Origin: a virus
Reading direction: 5' to 3' (one strand)
DNA length: 62,207 nt
IMG/VR virus record: IMGVR_UViG_3300033149_002577
Shown here: piece by piece, positions 43,290 to 51,677 of the stretch
How positions within the stretch are numbered: position 1 is the first letter of the stretch
Layout: each line of letters opens with the position of its first letter
Position numbers and translations under genes: made by a program
The notes under the pieces: model-generated
Seen by the model: only the letters and a program-made list of their open reading frames with translations
Database searches by the model: none
Told to the model about the DNA's origin: nothing

Positions 43290-43964
43290 ATGGCTGACAT
43301 CGACGACACCTCACCGGCAATCCCAAGCCCGCACCCGACACCAATACCATCAACCCCCAACGAACTCGCCATAGTTGTGGCGAAGATCGATGACCGTACC
43401 CGACTGATGATCGAGCGCTACCTCCCGAGAGTGGAAGAGACAGCCCTCGAGGCCCGTGACGGCGTCATGGAGCTCAAGGGCCGGGTTAGTCACCTGGAAG
43501 CCACGCCCGAGCACGAGTGCGATGAGAAGGAGCGTCAGCGTCGACAGGACGAGGGCATTCAAAAATCGAAGGTTTCATCGATCACGGCCGAGGGCGATAT
43601 CAAAGGGCTCCACACCTTCAGAAATTGGCTCATCGGAATCATCGTTCTCGTCGTGGGAAGCGCCGGAGGATTCGCCGTCCATTCGAGCACAGCGGACACC
43701 TCGCATGATGAGCGCCTCGATGCCACCCGCTCCGATGTCGACCGCCACGAAAACATCATCGCCGACCTCCCAAGAAAGGCTGACTTCGAGCGCATCAACG
43801 AGGCCGTCAAAGCCATCCCGACAGAGGTTCAAAAGCTCAAGGCCGCACCTGCGACGGCCCTCGAGGTCGAAGAAGCCGCCTCCGAATTACCGCTCAAGCC
43901 CCATGAACTCGAAGCCCTCCGGACGATCCTAAAGCGAGCTCACGGGCGCGAAAACGGTGAATAG
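43290..43964 (+). CDS. Single-pass membrane protein with coiled coils (224 aa)
   Basis: Pro-rich N-terminus and a hydrophobic helix WLIGIIVLVVGSAGGFAV. Role unknown, possibly lysis or exclusion. Confidence 0.45.
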   Translation: MADIDDTSPAIPSPHPTPIPSTPNELAIVVAKIDDRTRLMIERYLPRVEETALEARDGVMELKGRVSHLEATPEHECDEKERQRRQDEGIQKSKVSSITAEGDIKGLHTFRNWLIGIIVLVVGSAGGFAVHSSTADTSHDERLDATRSDVDRHENIIADLPRKADFERINEAVKAIPTEVQKLKAAPATALEVEEAASELPLKPHELEALRTILKRAHGRENGE

Positions 43965-44062
43965 AACTATCCCCCCGGATGCCTCGGCTACCGGGTGCGA
44001 GGTCGCCTTCGGGCGGCCTCAGCGTTATCTGGTATCCTGAGCGCCGATTAAAGGAGGAACGA

Positions 44063-44860
44063 ATGGAAGGCATCATTACCGCGATAGAAAACAATCAGTG
44101 GCAGGTCCTCACCGGGCTCGTGCTCCTGCTCGTCACGGCTCTCGTTCGAGACGTCAGCACGCGGGCGAAGGTCACCGGATTGGCTGCAAAGCTCATCTCA
44201 GCAATCAGCTCATACCTCAGCGGCATCGCCGTGCTGCTCCCTGTGGTCCCTGTTTGGTGGCACGCTGCTCTGATAGCTCTTGGCACCCCGCTCGCTTCGC
44301 AGGGTCTAAGGGACCTTCTCGTTGATTTGGTTGGAAGATTGATCAAGCGGAAGAAAGCTCTCCCTGTAGTCGTCGTGGTTCTGCTCACCCCGAGCTGCAC
44401 GATCCACAAAGCCCAAATCGCCACCCAAACAGCGCTCACGTCAGTTGCTGAGGGCGTTGACGCTGGTGATCGGCTTGTGGCCCGCATGATTCCCGGAGCC
44501 GCTGACGAGGCAATAGCAACAGCTCGGGTACGAATGGGGAATTGCATAGAGGGATGCGATGCGCTCGCCTATTACCACGAGGAGATGGAGCCCTGGCGAA
44601 ATGCCGTCGATGGGTTTGAAATCGTCGTAGCCTCACTGCTCGTCGTTCAAGAGCTCGTCGAGGTGTGGATCGCCACCGGGACGCTCAGTGAATCGGCTGG
44701 TGACTTCTGCGAAGAGCTCGGCGACACGACCGGGGCAGCCATGGACCTACTCGGCGTTATCGGAGTCGATCTCCCGCCATTGCTCGAGGCTGTACCACGG
44801 ACCGTCGACATTCTTTGCAATCTGATCGCAGTCAATATCGATCCAGAGGGAGGCGAATAA
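44063..44860 (+). CDS. Multi-pass membrane protein (possibly holin- or spanin-like)
   Basis: ATG 44063 with an AAAGGAGG RBS. Several hydrophobic helices (VLTGLVLLLVTALV, GIAVLLPVVPVWWHAALIAL, LPVVVVVLL). Confidence 0.45.
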   Translation: MEGIITAIENNQWQVLTGLVLLLVTALVRDVSTRAKVTGLAAKLISAISSYLSGIAVLLPVVPVWWHAALIALGTPLASQGLRDLLVDLVGRLIKRKKALPVVVVVLLTPSCTIHKAQIATQTALTSVAEGVDAGDRLVARMIPGAADEAIATARVRMGNCIEGCDALAYYHEEMEPWRNAVDGFEIVVASLLVVQELVEVWIATGTLSESAGDFCEELGDTTGAAMDLLGVIGVDLPPLLEAVPRTVDILCNLIAVNIDPEGGE

Positions 44861-44861
44861 A

Positions 44862-45071
44862 ATGGCGAAAAGCATCGGTCTAGAAGCAACAATGGTCGCT
44901 CTCCAGCTCGGAGCCGCTGTTGGTCAGTTGGTCATCGAGGCCATCGCGAATGATGACGTTGAGACGCTCAAAAAAGTAAATGAACTCTTCCCTAGGGGCC
45001 ACGACCTTCGGGCTATGGTGGCATTGGCGGCCGCTGATGAGAGAGCTCGACAGCAACTCGCAAACCTCTAG
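44862..45071 (+). CDS. Hypothetical protein (69 aa)
   Basis: ORF directly following the membrane protein. No motif recognised. Confidence 0.4.
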   Translation: MAKSIGLEATMVALQLGAAVGQLVIEAIANDDVETLKKVNELFPRGHDLRAMVALAAADERARQQLANL

Positions 45072-45278
45072 ATGGAGTCATCAATGCTCATCGTGGACAA
45101 GCTCGATATGATAATCGCGGAACTTCAAATTATGAATGAGCGTCTGACTGTGCTCGAGGGGAACTCGACGATGATCTGCAATGCCTACAGCGGCATCAAT
45201 CAGCGCCTCGCCGCGCTCGAGCAACGGACTATCAAATCGCTGACGCCGACTCCTGCGCCCATCGATTCGCCGTTTTAA
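45072..45278 (+). CDS. Hypothetical protein (68 aa)
   Basis: Last + strand ORF before the strand switch. Its stop overlaps the convergent gene's stop. Confidence 0.4.
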   Translation: MESSMLIVDKLDMIIAELQIMNERLTVLEGNSTMICNAYSGINQRLAALEQRTIKSLTPTPAPIDSPF

Positions 45279-46030
45279 TCGATCCAGTCGAAGGGATCGA
45301 CGCCGGTCTTGTAGTTGTAATTCATAACAGATTCACGGATGTCATCGATTGACCAGAATGGGAATTTGAATTGATTATCGCGGTCTTTTCGGTCGGCGTT
45401 CTTCTCTCGAAGCCATGCGATCCACTTGCTCCAGAGCGCTCCTTTTGGCGTGATAACCCAATGCCCGCCCGTGTCACGGGGGCCGTCAAAGAACCGAACC
45501 CAGGGATTGAACGTGGAATGCCCGGCAGTGACATGGCCAACGACTCGGCAAGATACGAGCCCCCAAGTGCCCAGATATTCGCGAAGCTCGTTGGCAAAAC
45601 CACCGTCACCTCCGACGGTGTTTTCCGGGTCTTGGTCATCGGATATTATCATGTCATCGTCTCGGGCGGTGCTACATGCATAGAGCGGCACCACGACGTT
45701 TTCCGTGCAAGTATGCTCGCAGGCATCGGCGAGTTCGGTCAAATCATGGCCGCCGAGGCTAAACCCGAGCTGAATGCCGGTTTTCCAGCCGTGGCAGAAA
45801 AATGCAACGGTTTCTAAAAGCCCACCTCGATAAAATTCTTCTTCAATCGCCGTAGTGACGTCAATCCTCATGTCTTCCCTGCTTTGGGTGATATCGATGG
45901 GATGAATCGCGCTAGGTGGGATGCCATGCTCTCGCGCGAACCCTTCGGCCTCCGGTTTGAAAGCGCCGGTGTAGTCGGCTCGTTTCACATTGCGGTCAGG
46001 GGTGAAGACGACGCCTCTCATGCGTTTCAT
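45275..46030 (-). CDS. Hypothetical protein with a caspase/CHAT-like His-Cys dyad pattern
   Basis: VAFFCHGWKTG and VVVPLYACSTARDD resemble the strand-HG and strand-aCxT motifs of caspase-fold (CHAT / peptidase C14) enzymes. Weak. Confidence 0.4.
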   Translation of the reverse strand: MKRMRGVVFTPDRNVKRADYTGAFKPEAEGFAREHGIPPSAIHPIDITQSREDMRIDVTTAIEEEFYRGGLLETVAFFCHGWKTGIQLGFSLGGHDLTELADACEHTCTENVVVPLYACSTARDDDMIISDDQDPENTVGGDGGFANELREYLGTWGLVSCRVVGHVTAGHSTFNPWVRFFDGPRDTGGHWVITPKGALWSKWIAWLREKNADRKDRDNQFKFPFWSIDDIRESVMNYNYKTGVDPFDWID

Positions 46031-46791
46031 CGACTTGGGAACCTCCCATTAAGAGCGCCCAGCACGATATCCAACGTTTCATTCGAGAAGCTTTGCCGGA
46101 GCATCCATCGCAAGTATCCGTGCTCGTTATCTGACAGGTAATACAGTGTGGAGCCCTTGTGTTTTCCGAAGCCGATGGCGACCTCGTCGTCAACCCAAAT
46201 GAGCTTACCGTCAAGCGTTACCCGGTCGCCGAGGCACCACTTTGAGAGTTCGTCGACATCACGCGGGAGAACATCCTCATAGTGCGCCAGTTGCGCCTCT
46301 AGAACGTCGATCGTTGCCTCCACGTCTCCCATTGCGTCGTGGGCCTCGGTGTGCTCACGGCCACAATAGAGCTTCAGCGCGCCCGCTAGATTCCTCGGCT
46401 CCATGCGGTGAAAGATCTCCATAGCATCGATGACCCTCCGGCCGGTCATGTCGAAAGTCGTTCCGGCGCGCTGATACTCGGCCTGCAACATCGGGATATC
46501 AAAGCCCATCACGTTGAAACCACCGAGGTCAGAATCACCGATGAAGTTATCGATCTCCCCATGGGTCGCACCATGGAATTTCGGGCTGTCCTTCACGTCC
46601 TCATCGGTAATACCGTGTACGTCCGTTGCGCCCTGAGGGATAGGAACGCCGGGGTTGATGAGAATCTCAACCCCGATCTCGAGCCCATCGGCTGTGAGTT
46701 TCCTGGCGGCAAACTGAACGATCCGATCCTTCTCGGTGTCTATGCCCGTCGTTTCAAGATCGAAAATTACGAGTGGTTTTTCAAGCTTCAT
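46027..46791 (-). CDS. DEDD-family 3'-5' exonuclease (DnaQ/epsilon-like)
   Basis: ExoI VIFDLETTG, ExoII GFNVMGFDIPML and ExoIII HDAMGDVEAT motifs. Confidence 0.85.
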   Translation of the reverse strand: MKLEKPLVIFDLETTGIDTEKDRIVQFAARKLTADGLEIGVEILINPGVPIPQGATDVHGITDEDVKDSPKFHGATHGEIDNFIGDSDLGGFNVMGFDIPMLQAEYQRAGTTFDMTGRRVIDAMEIFHRMEPRNLAGALKLYCGREHTEAHDAMGDVEATIDVLEAQLAHYEDVLPRDVDELSKWCLGDRVTLDGKLIWVDDEVAIGFGKHKGSTLYYLSDNEHGYLRWMLRQSFSNETLDIVLGALNGRFPSR

Positions 46792-46916
46792 TAGTCTTTC
46801 CTTTCATTCTCCGTGCATTGGTCGCTGCCCGTCGGCACTTGCCGGAGCAGTAAATCTGATGAGATAGGTCCGTTTTGAATTCCGTACCGCACCGGCAACG
46901 GCGCTTATATTTCATC
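46788..46916 (-). CDS. Small zinc-ribbon protein (42 aa, below the ORF-track cutoff)
   Basis: Hand translation gives MKYKRRCRCGTEFKTDLSHQIYCSGKCRRAATNARRMKGKTNEA. RBS GAGGAAAG. Its stop overlaps the exonuclease start. Confidence 0.35.
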
Positions 46917-47110
46917 TTTCCTCAGCACCCTAGCGGTTCGTGTGACCAACTCGAGCGCGCACATGATGTCAACGAAATCAGCCTTTGGCAGCTTGAATTC
47001 GTGCCATTCTGTCGTGCCGATGCGAGCAAAGGTGAACCTGAAGAATTCTTCGTCTTCAATGCAGTGCATCAGGATATTCCCGACGGTGGATGTTGTTTCA
47101 TTTTTCATCG
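46905..47110 (-). CDS. Hypothetical protein (67 aa)
   Basis: Internal ATG (MKNETTST...) of track ORF 46905..47303, overlapping the ASCH gene stop. Confidence 0.4.
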
Positions 47111-47565
47111 AGCCGCTCCTTGAAAAGCTCAGTGACCGCATCAGCGGCCTCGGCCAGGGTCTTATTGATGGCCTCCGGAACCCTCCAAAGCCCTTGGGTG
47201 CCTCGGCAGGGTATCGGATCGTCGAAGGCGATTGGGTCGGCGAGCTTCCATCCAACGGGGCCAAACCACCAAGGATCATCGTCTGGAATAACGGTTGTGT
47301 CATCGTAGAATCCAGTCACCCGGACCAACCCGACGATTCCGATTGGGCAAGACTTTGAATAGGGTGCGTCGTAGAGCCCTTCCTCTCGCATCCAATTCGC
47401 CGCCTCGTCGTCGTATTTCACCCCGGCATGAATGGCGATGTACTGCCCGATCACGCTTTCCCACGGCTTCCACGAGCGATTCTCGATACGTTTTGAGCCG
47501 TAAAGGATCGCGCTCGGCCATGGCCTATGAAGGGTAAGAACTCGGAATTCGGTTTGCATCGTCAT
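47098..47565 (-). CDS. ASCH domain protein
   Basis: LHRPWPSAILYGSKRIENRSW...YIAIHAG fits the ASCH signature. RBS GGAAAGGAAAG. Confidence 0.65.
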   Translation of the reverse strand: MTMQTEFRVLTLHRPWPSAILYGSKRIENRSWKPWESVIGQYIAIHAGVKYDDEAANWMREEGLYDAPYSKSCPIGIVGLVRVTGFYDDTTVIPDDDPWWFGPVGWKLADPIAFDDPIPCRGTQGLWRVPEAINKTLAEAADAVTELFKERLDEK

Positions 47566-47755
47566 CTTTCCTTTCCACGATCACCGCTCCAGACTGAAGC
47601 GGGCAGCACTTAGGGATGCTATTAAGCGCTCCGAGGTGATAATTGCGACCGATATCGACAAAAGGATCACCAGCCGCATTCCCGCGGAGCAGAATGCAGT
47701 CGACCCAGTCATACATAAATGGACATTCCAGGCACGAGTTGACTTTGATTTTCAT
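47525..47755 (-). CDS. Small Cys-rich protein (76 aa)
   Basis: ATG 47755 is preceded by AGGAAAGGAAAGA. Begins MKIKVNSCLECPF... Confidence 0.5.
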   Translation of the reverse strand: MKIKVNSCLECPFMYDWVDCILLRGNAAGDPFVDIGRNYHLGALNSIPKCCPLQSGAVIVERKDDDANRIPSSYPS

Positions 47756-47766
47756 TCTTTCCTTTC

Positions 47767-48003
47767 CTATTCGTCCTCGTCCTCGTAATCCTCTGGGATG
47801 CAGTGATCCTCCCCAAACAACGACACAAGGACCTCCTGTTGACGCTCTGTGAGCTCGCGCGGGCAGTTGCCGTCCTTGTCCTTCTCGCGTTGGATGCACG
47901 AGTCACAGAGCCTCCGATACTGATTGATCTTGGTCAGCGGTGGGTGGCTACCGTGGGGCAACCAACCGCACTCGGAGCAGCTCCCTATGATCTTCTGAGG
48001 CAT
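47767..48003 (-). CDS. Small zinc-finger protein with an acidic tail (78 aa)
   Basis: CSEC...CDSC pattern. C-terminus EDYEDEDE. Confidence 0.5.
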   Translation of the reverse strand: MPQKIIGSCSECGWLPHGSHPPLTKINQYRRLCDSCIQREKDKDGNCPRELTERQQEVLVSLFGEDHCIPEDYEDEDE

Positions 48004-48503
48004 TACAGTATTTCGAGTACTTCACGGCGCGAGCAGACAAGCTTGTCCTGGTCGAAAATTATCCGTCCCGAGCATGCTACTCGCGTTACAACGCCATCCT
48101 GCCCGCCGTATTTTTTAGCGTCGTCGAGTTCTAGGGACGCATGAAATCCAGAATTGCAGATGGATATTTTGCCGTCATACTCGAGGACATCCCCTGGTTT
48201 AATAAATTTTCCGTTCATGTCATGCCGCAACGTCCCATTCGTTGTCAGTACATGCCACGCCTTTATGGGTGAGTTGTGAGCAAGCTCTATTTCGCCGTAG
48301 CCGTTGCCGTTGCCGTAGCCATTGCCGTTGCCGTTGCCGTAGCCGGAGCCGTCGCCGTAGCCGTAGCCGTAGCCGTTGCCGTTGCCGTAGCCATTGCCGT
48401 AGCCGTAGCCGTTGCCGTAGCCGGAGCCGTTGCCGTAGCCGTTGCCGTTGCCGTAGCCGGAGCCGTTGCCGTAGCCGGAGCCGTTGCCGTTATTCAACCC
48501 CAT
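48003..48503 (-). CDS. Protein with an N-terminal (G-Y-G-N-G)n low-complexity region and a conserved C-terminal globular domain
   Basis: MGLNNGNGSGYGNGSGYGNGNGYGNG... (~65 aa) followed by W.VLTTNGTLRHD..GKFIKPGDVLEYDG.ISICNSGFHAS, a domain type seen in other phage proteins (DUF7666-like in my recollection). Confidence 0.6.
   Translation of the reverse strand: MGLNNGNGSGYGNGSGYGNGNGYGNGSGYGNGYGYGNGYGNGNGYGYGYGDGSGYGNGNGNGYGNGNGYGEIELAHNSPIKAWHVLTTNGTLRHDMNGKFIKPGDVLEYDGKISICNSGFHASLELDDAKKYGGQDGVVTRVACSGRIIFDQDKLVCSRREVLEIL
48295..48490 (-). repeat. Hexanucleotide-based GCCGTA/GCCGTT repeat encoding the GYGNG tract
   Basis: Near-perfect short tandem repeats. They also open spurious + strand ORFs (48242..48553 and 48276..48509). 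Confidence 0.85.
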
Positions 48504-48790
48504 GGCTGATCTCGCCAAGCACGCACGGCGTCGTCGGTACATTCGGCGAATGAATGCACGTCAATGGCCGTAAGGGATTTCACAACAGGAGAGACCCTAC
48601 ATGATTTCGATGGACCCCTGGCCGCCAGACCCAAGACCCCACCTATATCGCTTGACCAATAGACGCACATCTGGGCATCATCCAGCGTTACACGTGAGAG
48701 ATCATCGAGATCTTTCAGTGCAACGAGACCCATGAAAACGCCTTTTTTATCGGTAAAAATCACAACTGCTTTTTTCTTTGCCTTAGCCAT
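48494..48790 (-). CDS. Hypothetical protein (98 aa)
   Basis: ATG 48790 (MAKAKKKAVV...) with an AAGGAG RBS. Lies inside track ORF 48494..48829. Confidence 0.55.
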   Translation of the reverse strand: MAKAKKKAVVIFTDKKGVFMGLVALKDLDDLSRVTLDDAQMCVYWSSDIGGVLGLAARGPSKSCRVSPVVKSLTAIDVHSFAECTDDAVRAWRDQPWG

Positions 48791-48800
48791 ATTTTGCTCC

Positions 48801-49124
48801 TTATTCTTTCGTGATCTCCCATTCGTCATCGATCTTCGCGATAATCATTTCAGGGTACCCCCACGTCTTCGCCTTCCTCGGTCCCCATCGATTCCTTCGG
48901 TCCATGATGGCACCACATTCGCAATAACGGTTGAGCGTGAGAGCATCGCATGCCGGGCAATACCAGGGCCTTCTATCCCCGTGTTTTTCACATACCCCAT
49001 AGTGCGTTTTGACCGGCCAAGTCCCGTGGTCGCCGACCTGGAGCGATTTCTCGACCTTGCAGGTTCCGCGCTTCTGCTCCCGGCTAAACTCGTGGTAGAA
49101 CTTGCATGATATGCAGCTTTTCAC
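48801..49124 (-). CDS. Cys-rich putative zinc-binding protein (107 aa)
   Basis: Multiple CxxC pairs (CISC, CPAC, CEC). Confidence 0.55.
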   Translation of the reverse strand: MKSCISCKFYHEFSREQKRGTCKVEKSLQVGDHGTWPVKTHYGVCEKHGDRRPWYCPACDALTLNRYCECGAIMDRRNRWGPRKAKTWGYPEMIIAKIDDEWEITKE

Positions 49125-49522
49125 GGCGATTCCTTTTCAAGCTTATGCATCGCCGCGGTCAGTACGTGCCTCGCTTCACCGACTTCTTTCGCCATTCCTT
49201 CGAGGCTGAATCTGAGCTTGTCGTCTTCAGCCCTTTTTGATTTCGTGATCAATGCCTTGAATTTATTTTGATACCGCTGAACCCATCCGCGTAACTTGCT
49301 TTTCAGAAAGCTCATGGACTCCTCGCGGAGCACAGCCCTCATCTCGTTGCTGATGCCGTCGAATGAGCATCGATGGCCGTCGTGAATTGCCGTTACGATG
49401 AGGCTGAGGTTGTCACCTCGCATCAGCGTCAATAGCCGTGCCCTAAGCTCATCCTCGAACCCTACGATTGATCTCGGTGTGAGTTCGCTGGTGTTAACGC
49501 AAAATGTCATACATGCGGTCAT
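49121..49522 (-). CDS. Hypothetical protein, first gene of the leftward early operon (133 aa)
   Basis: RBS GAAAGGAG. Lies downstream of the leftward operator/promoter. Confidence 0.6.
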   Translation of the reverse strand: MTACMTFCVNTSELTPRSIVGFEDELRARLLTLMRGDNLSLIVTAIHDGHRCSFDGISNEMRAVLREESMSFLKSKLRGWVQRYQNKFKALITKSKRAEDDKLRFSLEGMAKEVGEARHVLTAAMHKLEKESP

Positions 49523-49544
49523 TGCTCATCTCCTTTCAATCCCA

Positions 49545-49574
49545 ACCATACGCGTCAACGCGTACAGAAATCAA
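49545..49574 (-). promoter_or_regulatory. Leftward early promoter TTGATT-18-TATGGT with the perfect operator palindrome (49549-49564)
   Basis: -35 is the reverse complement of 49569-49574. -10 is the reverse complement of 49545-49550. TACGCGTCAACGCGTA lies in the spacer. Confidence 0.55.
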
Positions 49575-49619
49575 CAAAAAAAGATGTATAGGTCTTGACA
49601 CGGAGGCCGGTTTCGATCA

Positions 49620-49701
49620 TGCATAAGGAAGTGGGTAACCCTTCCAGCTATCCACCAAAATCACAAACGCCACGAGCCTGTAGCCCTCGTGGCGTTTTTT
49701 T
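49620..49701 (+). ncRNA. Candidate small RNA ending at an orphan intrinsic terminator
   Basis: A TTGACA box lies upstream at 49595-49600, outside this interval. 5' hairpin GGAAG-GG-GTAA-CC-CTTCC at 49627-49645. Terminator at 49667-49701. No + strand CDS lies upstream. The -10 is unclear. Confidence 0.3.
49667..49701 (+). terminator. Rho-independent terminator
   Basis: ACGCCACGAG (49667-49676) pairs with CTCGTGGCGT (49686-49695), followed by a T7 run. Confidence 0.75.
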
Positions 49702-50352
49702 GTGCCCCAAATAAATATCTTGCTGAAAATAGAATCCTGAAGCATGATCGATCTACTCGACGGCTACACTCGCCGAGCTGGAAGAAATTTGAAACACCGA
49801 GATGAAATATCCCCGATATGGCCAATACGCTTGGCTGGCGGCGGACCATCGTCTTTTTACGGACGAGGTGCCATGGCCTAATCCATAGAGCGGTGGCCGA
49901 CGCCCTCCCAACACCTGAGGAAGCGTGACACCCCAAAGTACAAGGCTGCCGGAGGAGATGATCCCTGCCAGCCTGGAAATGGTGGCCCACCCGCTATTTC
50001 GTCCCGAGCCTGAGGGATAGGAAATAAAGGCGGCTGTGATTCGGCGGTATGGCATGTCAGAGCCCGGAATTTGAGGGGAGGGGAGGGCTTAGCTCTCTAA
50101 TTCTCAGTGCATTAAAACCATATTCTCTTGCCCTCTATGCTTTAAAAAATCCCTATCCACATCACGACGCTTGAGCTTTAGCTCAAGACGAGGAGCACGC
50201 CTCGGGCTCCGAAGCTTGTAGCGCGTAGCGCGGCTAAATCAGGGGTAGAGATTCTCTCTTCTATATAAGAATTTAACTATTCGTTTACCCTCAATGCTTT
50301 TAAAAAGCCCGCAAAAGACTCTCTTCTATATGGAAAAAATGAAGAAAAAAGC

Positions 50353-50380
50353 TTGCCCTGTACGCGTCAAAGCGTATACC
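50353..50380 (+). promoter_or_regulatory. Rightward early promoter TTGCCC-16-TATACC with an operator copy (50361-50376)
   Basis: TACGCGTCAAAGCGTA matches the consensus at 15 of 16 positions. The -10 begins at the terminal TA of the palindrome, as at the other sites. Confidence 0.5.
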
Positions 50381-50403
50381 TTGGGAGAAGAAAGGAAAGG
50401 TGC

Positions 50404-50766
50404 ATGACGACGGAGAAATCAACCAATTCGACAATCTTAAGCAGAATCCAGTCCCTAGCGGTCGATCGGGCGAAGGCCAAAGGTGAACTCAAGGAGGCGT
50501 CCAGTGAGCGCCTCAAGGCTGCCAAGGAGGCTCAAGCTGAGCTTGATGATGCCATCGAGGGTTCAAACGGCTGTGAGCCTGGCGATGTTCCGAAGTTCCT
50601 GGCGGTTATTCAGGACAAGTTCGCTTCGAAGCGTCACGTCGTAAATGAAACTCAAGAGGCCTATCGAGCAGCCAAGAGCCGTTTCGATGAGGCCGACGAG
50701 GATTTCTTTTCGGCCATCGAAGACTCGAAACAGGGTTCTTTATTCGATGAGGAGGGGTCATCATGA
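50404..50766 (+). CDS. Hypothetical coiled-coil protein, first gene of the rightward early operon
   Basis: ATG 50404 is preceded by GAAAGGAAAGG. It lies inside track ORF 50353. Confidence 0.55.
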   Translation: MTTEKSTNSTILSRIQSLAVDRAKAKGELKEASSERLKAAKEAQAELDDAIEGSNGCEPGDVPKFLAVIQDKFASKRHVVNETQEAYRAAKSRFDEADEDFFSAIEDSKQGSLFDEEGSS

Positions 50767-51041
50767 GTCAGCTAAGTAAGGACATTGAAACCAAATTTGA
50801 TGACGCCAGGTCGGAGACTGAAACGGCTCAGAACTCCGAAGAACCTCGGGTTGTCGCAGACTCGATCACCAAAGCGACCGTGCACCTCCACGACGTTGAG
50901 AGGCTCGTGGGACGCATGAAACCCGGGTTGTTGGCTGACGGCATCAATGCGCTTCTACGGGAGCAGAGCGGGCGCGTTCGTGAGCTCTTTTTGCGATCCA
51001 TGGGTGAAGGGCCGGCGACGAAGGGGAACGACAATCACTGA
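50763..51041 (+). CDS. Hypothetical protein (92 aa)
   Basis: Start and stop overlap (ATGA). Confidence 0.5.
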   Translation: MSQLSKDIETKFDDARSETETAQNSEEPRVVADSITKATVHLHDVERLVGRMKPGLLADGINALLREQSGRVRELFLRSMGEGPATKGNDNH

Positions 51042-51052
51042 TCTCGGTCGCT

Positions 51053-51083
51053 GAAAGGAAAGGGAAAGGAAAGGAAAGGAAAG
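51053..51083 (+). repeat. (GAAAG)2-G-(GAAAG)4 pentanucleotide run forming the RBS region of CDS 51084
   Basis: GAAAGGAAAGGGAAAGGAAAGGAAAGGAAAG lies immediately before the ATG. Confidence 0.9.
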
Positions 51084-51677
51084 ATGAACGAAGAGCAGCG
51101 GGTCGCATTTTCACGATCAATCCTCAAAATCGCAGACGGGGTGCTTGGCGGTGAGCTCGAAGCTGGGGCCGTCATAGAGCGATTCAAGGCCGGCATCACC
51201 TGGCTGAAGAGAGTCGAGAAACCAACAGCAACCGGCTCCTCTCCACCTGAATCGGAGAGGCTCGGCCCGACGCCGGCTGAGGTTCGAGACATTTTTGATC
51301 ATTGGCAGAAAGCGACGAATCGGCCGACGGCTGTCCTCGACACAAAACGAAAAGGGATCATCCGGCGAGGCCTGGCGAACTTCTCGGCAGTCAAAATCAA
51401 GCACCTCGTAGCATGGTGCGCCCAAGATTCATTTTATTCCGGTGCGAACGATCGCAACAAACGATATGACTGGCTCGAGACGATGTTGAGATCTAATTCT
51501 CGGATCGAAGAGCTGCTCGAGCGCTCGGCCTGGGGGAACACGGTGTCGCTCGGCGACGATGATGGGTTGGAGCAGGCTAGGAAACGAAAACACCTCGAGA
51601 GGGAGTCACTTCAGGCACTAAAGGAGCATCGGACCGATGACTATAATCGACTTGAAGAAGAGCTTAAAAAGCTCTGA
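51084..51677 (+). CDS. Replisome-organiser / DnaD-like protein (Phg_2220_C-like C-terminal domain)
   Basis: IFDHWQKATNRPTAVLDTKRKGIIRRGLANFSAVKIKHLVAWCAQDSFYSG...YDWLETMLRS fits the conserved phage C-terminus pattern (..yLN...g..f....t...I.aRl..g.s.ed....I......W.......yl.P.TLF). Confidence 0.5.
   Translation: MNEEQRVAFSRSILKIADGVLGGELEAGAVIERFKAGITWLKRVEKPTATGSSPPESERLGPTPAEVRDIFDHWQKATNRPTAVLDTKRKGIIRRGLANFSAVKIKHLVAWCAQDSFYSGANDRNKRYDWLETMLRSNSRIEELLERSAWGNTVSLGDDDGLEQARKRKHLERESLQALKEHRTDDYNRLEEELKKL

Noticed and set aside
48242-48553. + strand ORFs encoding RCRS or AVAV repeats (48242-48553 and 48276-48509).
   Set aside because: They are antisense artefacts of the GCCGTA/GCCGTT micro-repeat that encodes the GYGNG tract of the minus-strand gene.
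49661-50055. Minus-strand ORFs 49661-49990 and 49753-50055 in the control region, considered as a possible repressor gene.
   Set aside because: - There is no RBS.
- The composition is odd (rich in Ser, Gly, Arg and Trp).
- They overlap each other in different frames.
- There is no HTH motif.

The region may be a structured RNA or an origin rather than coding sequence. I cannot fully exclude a small gene.
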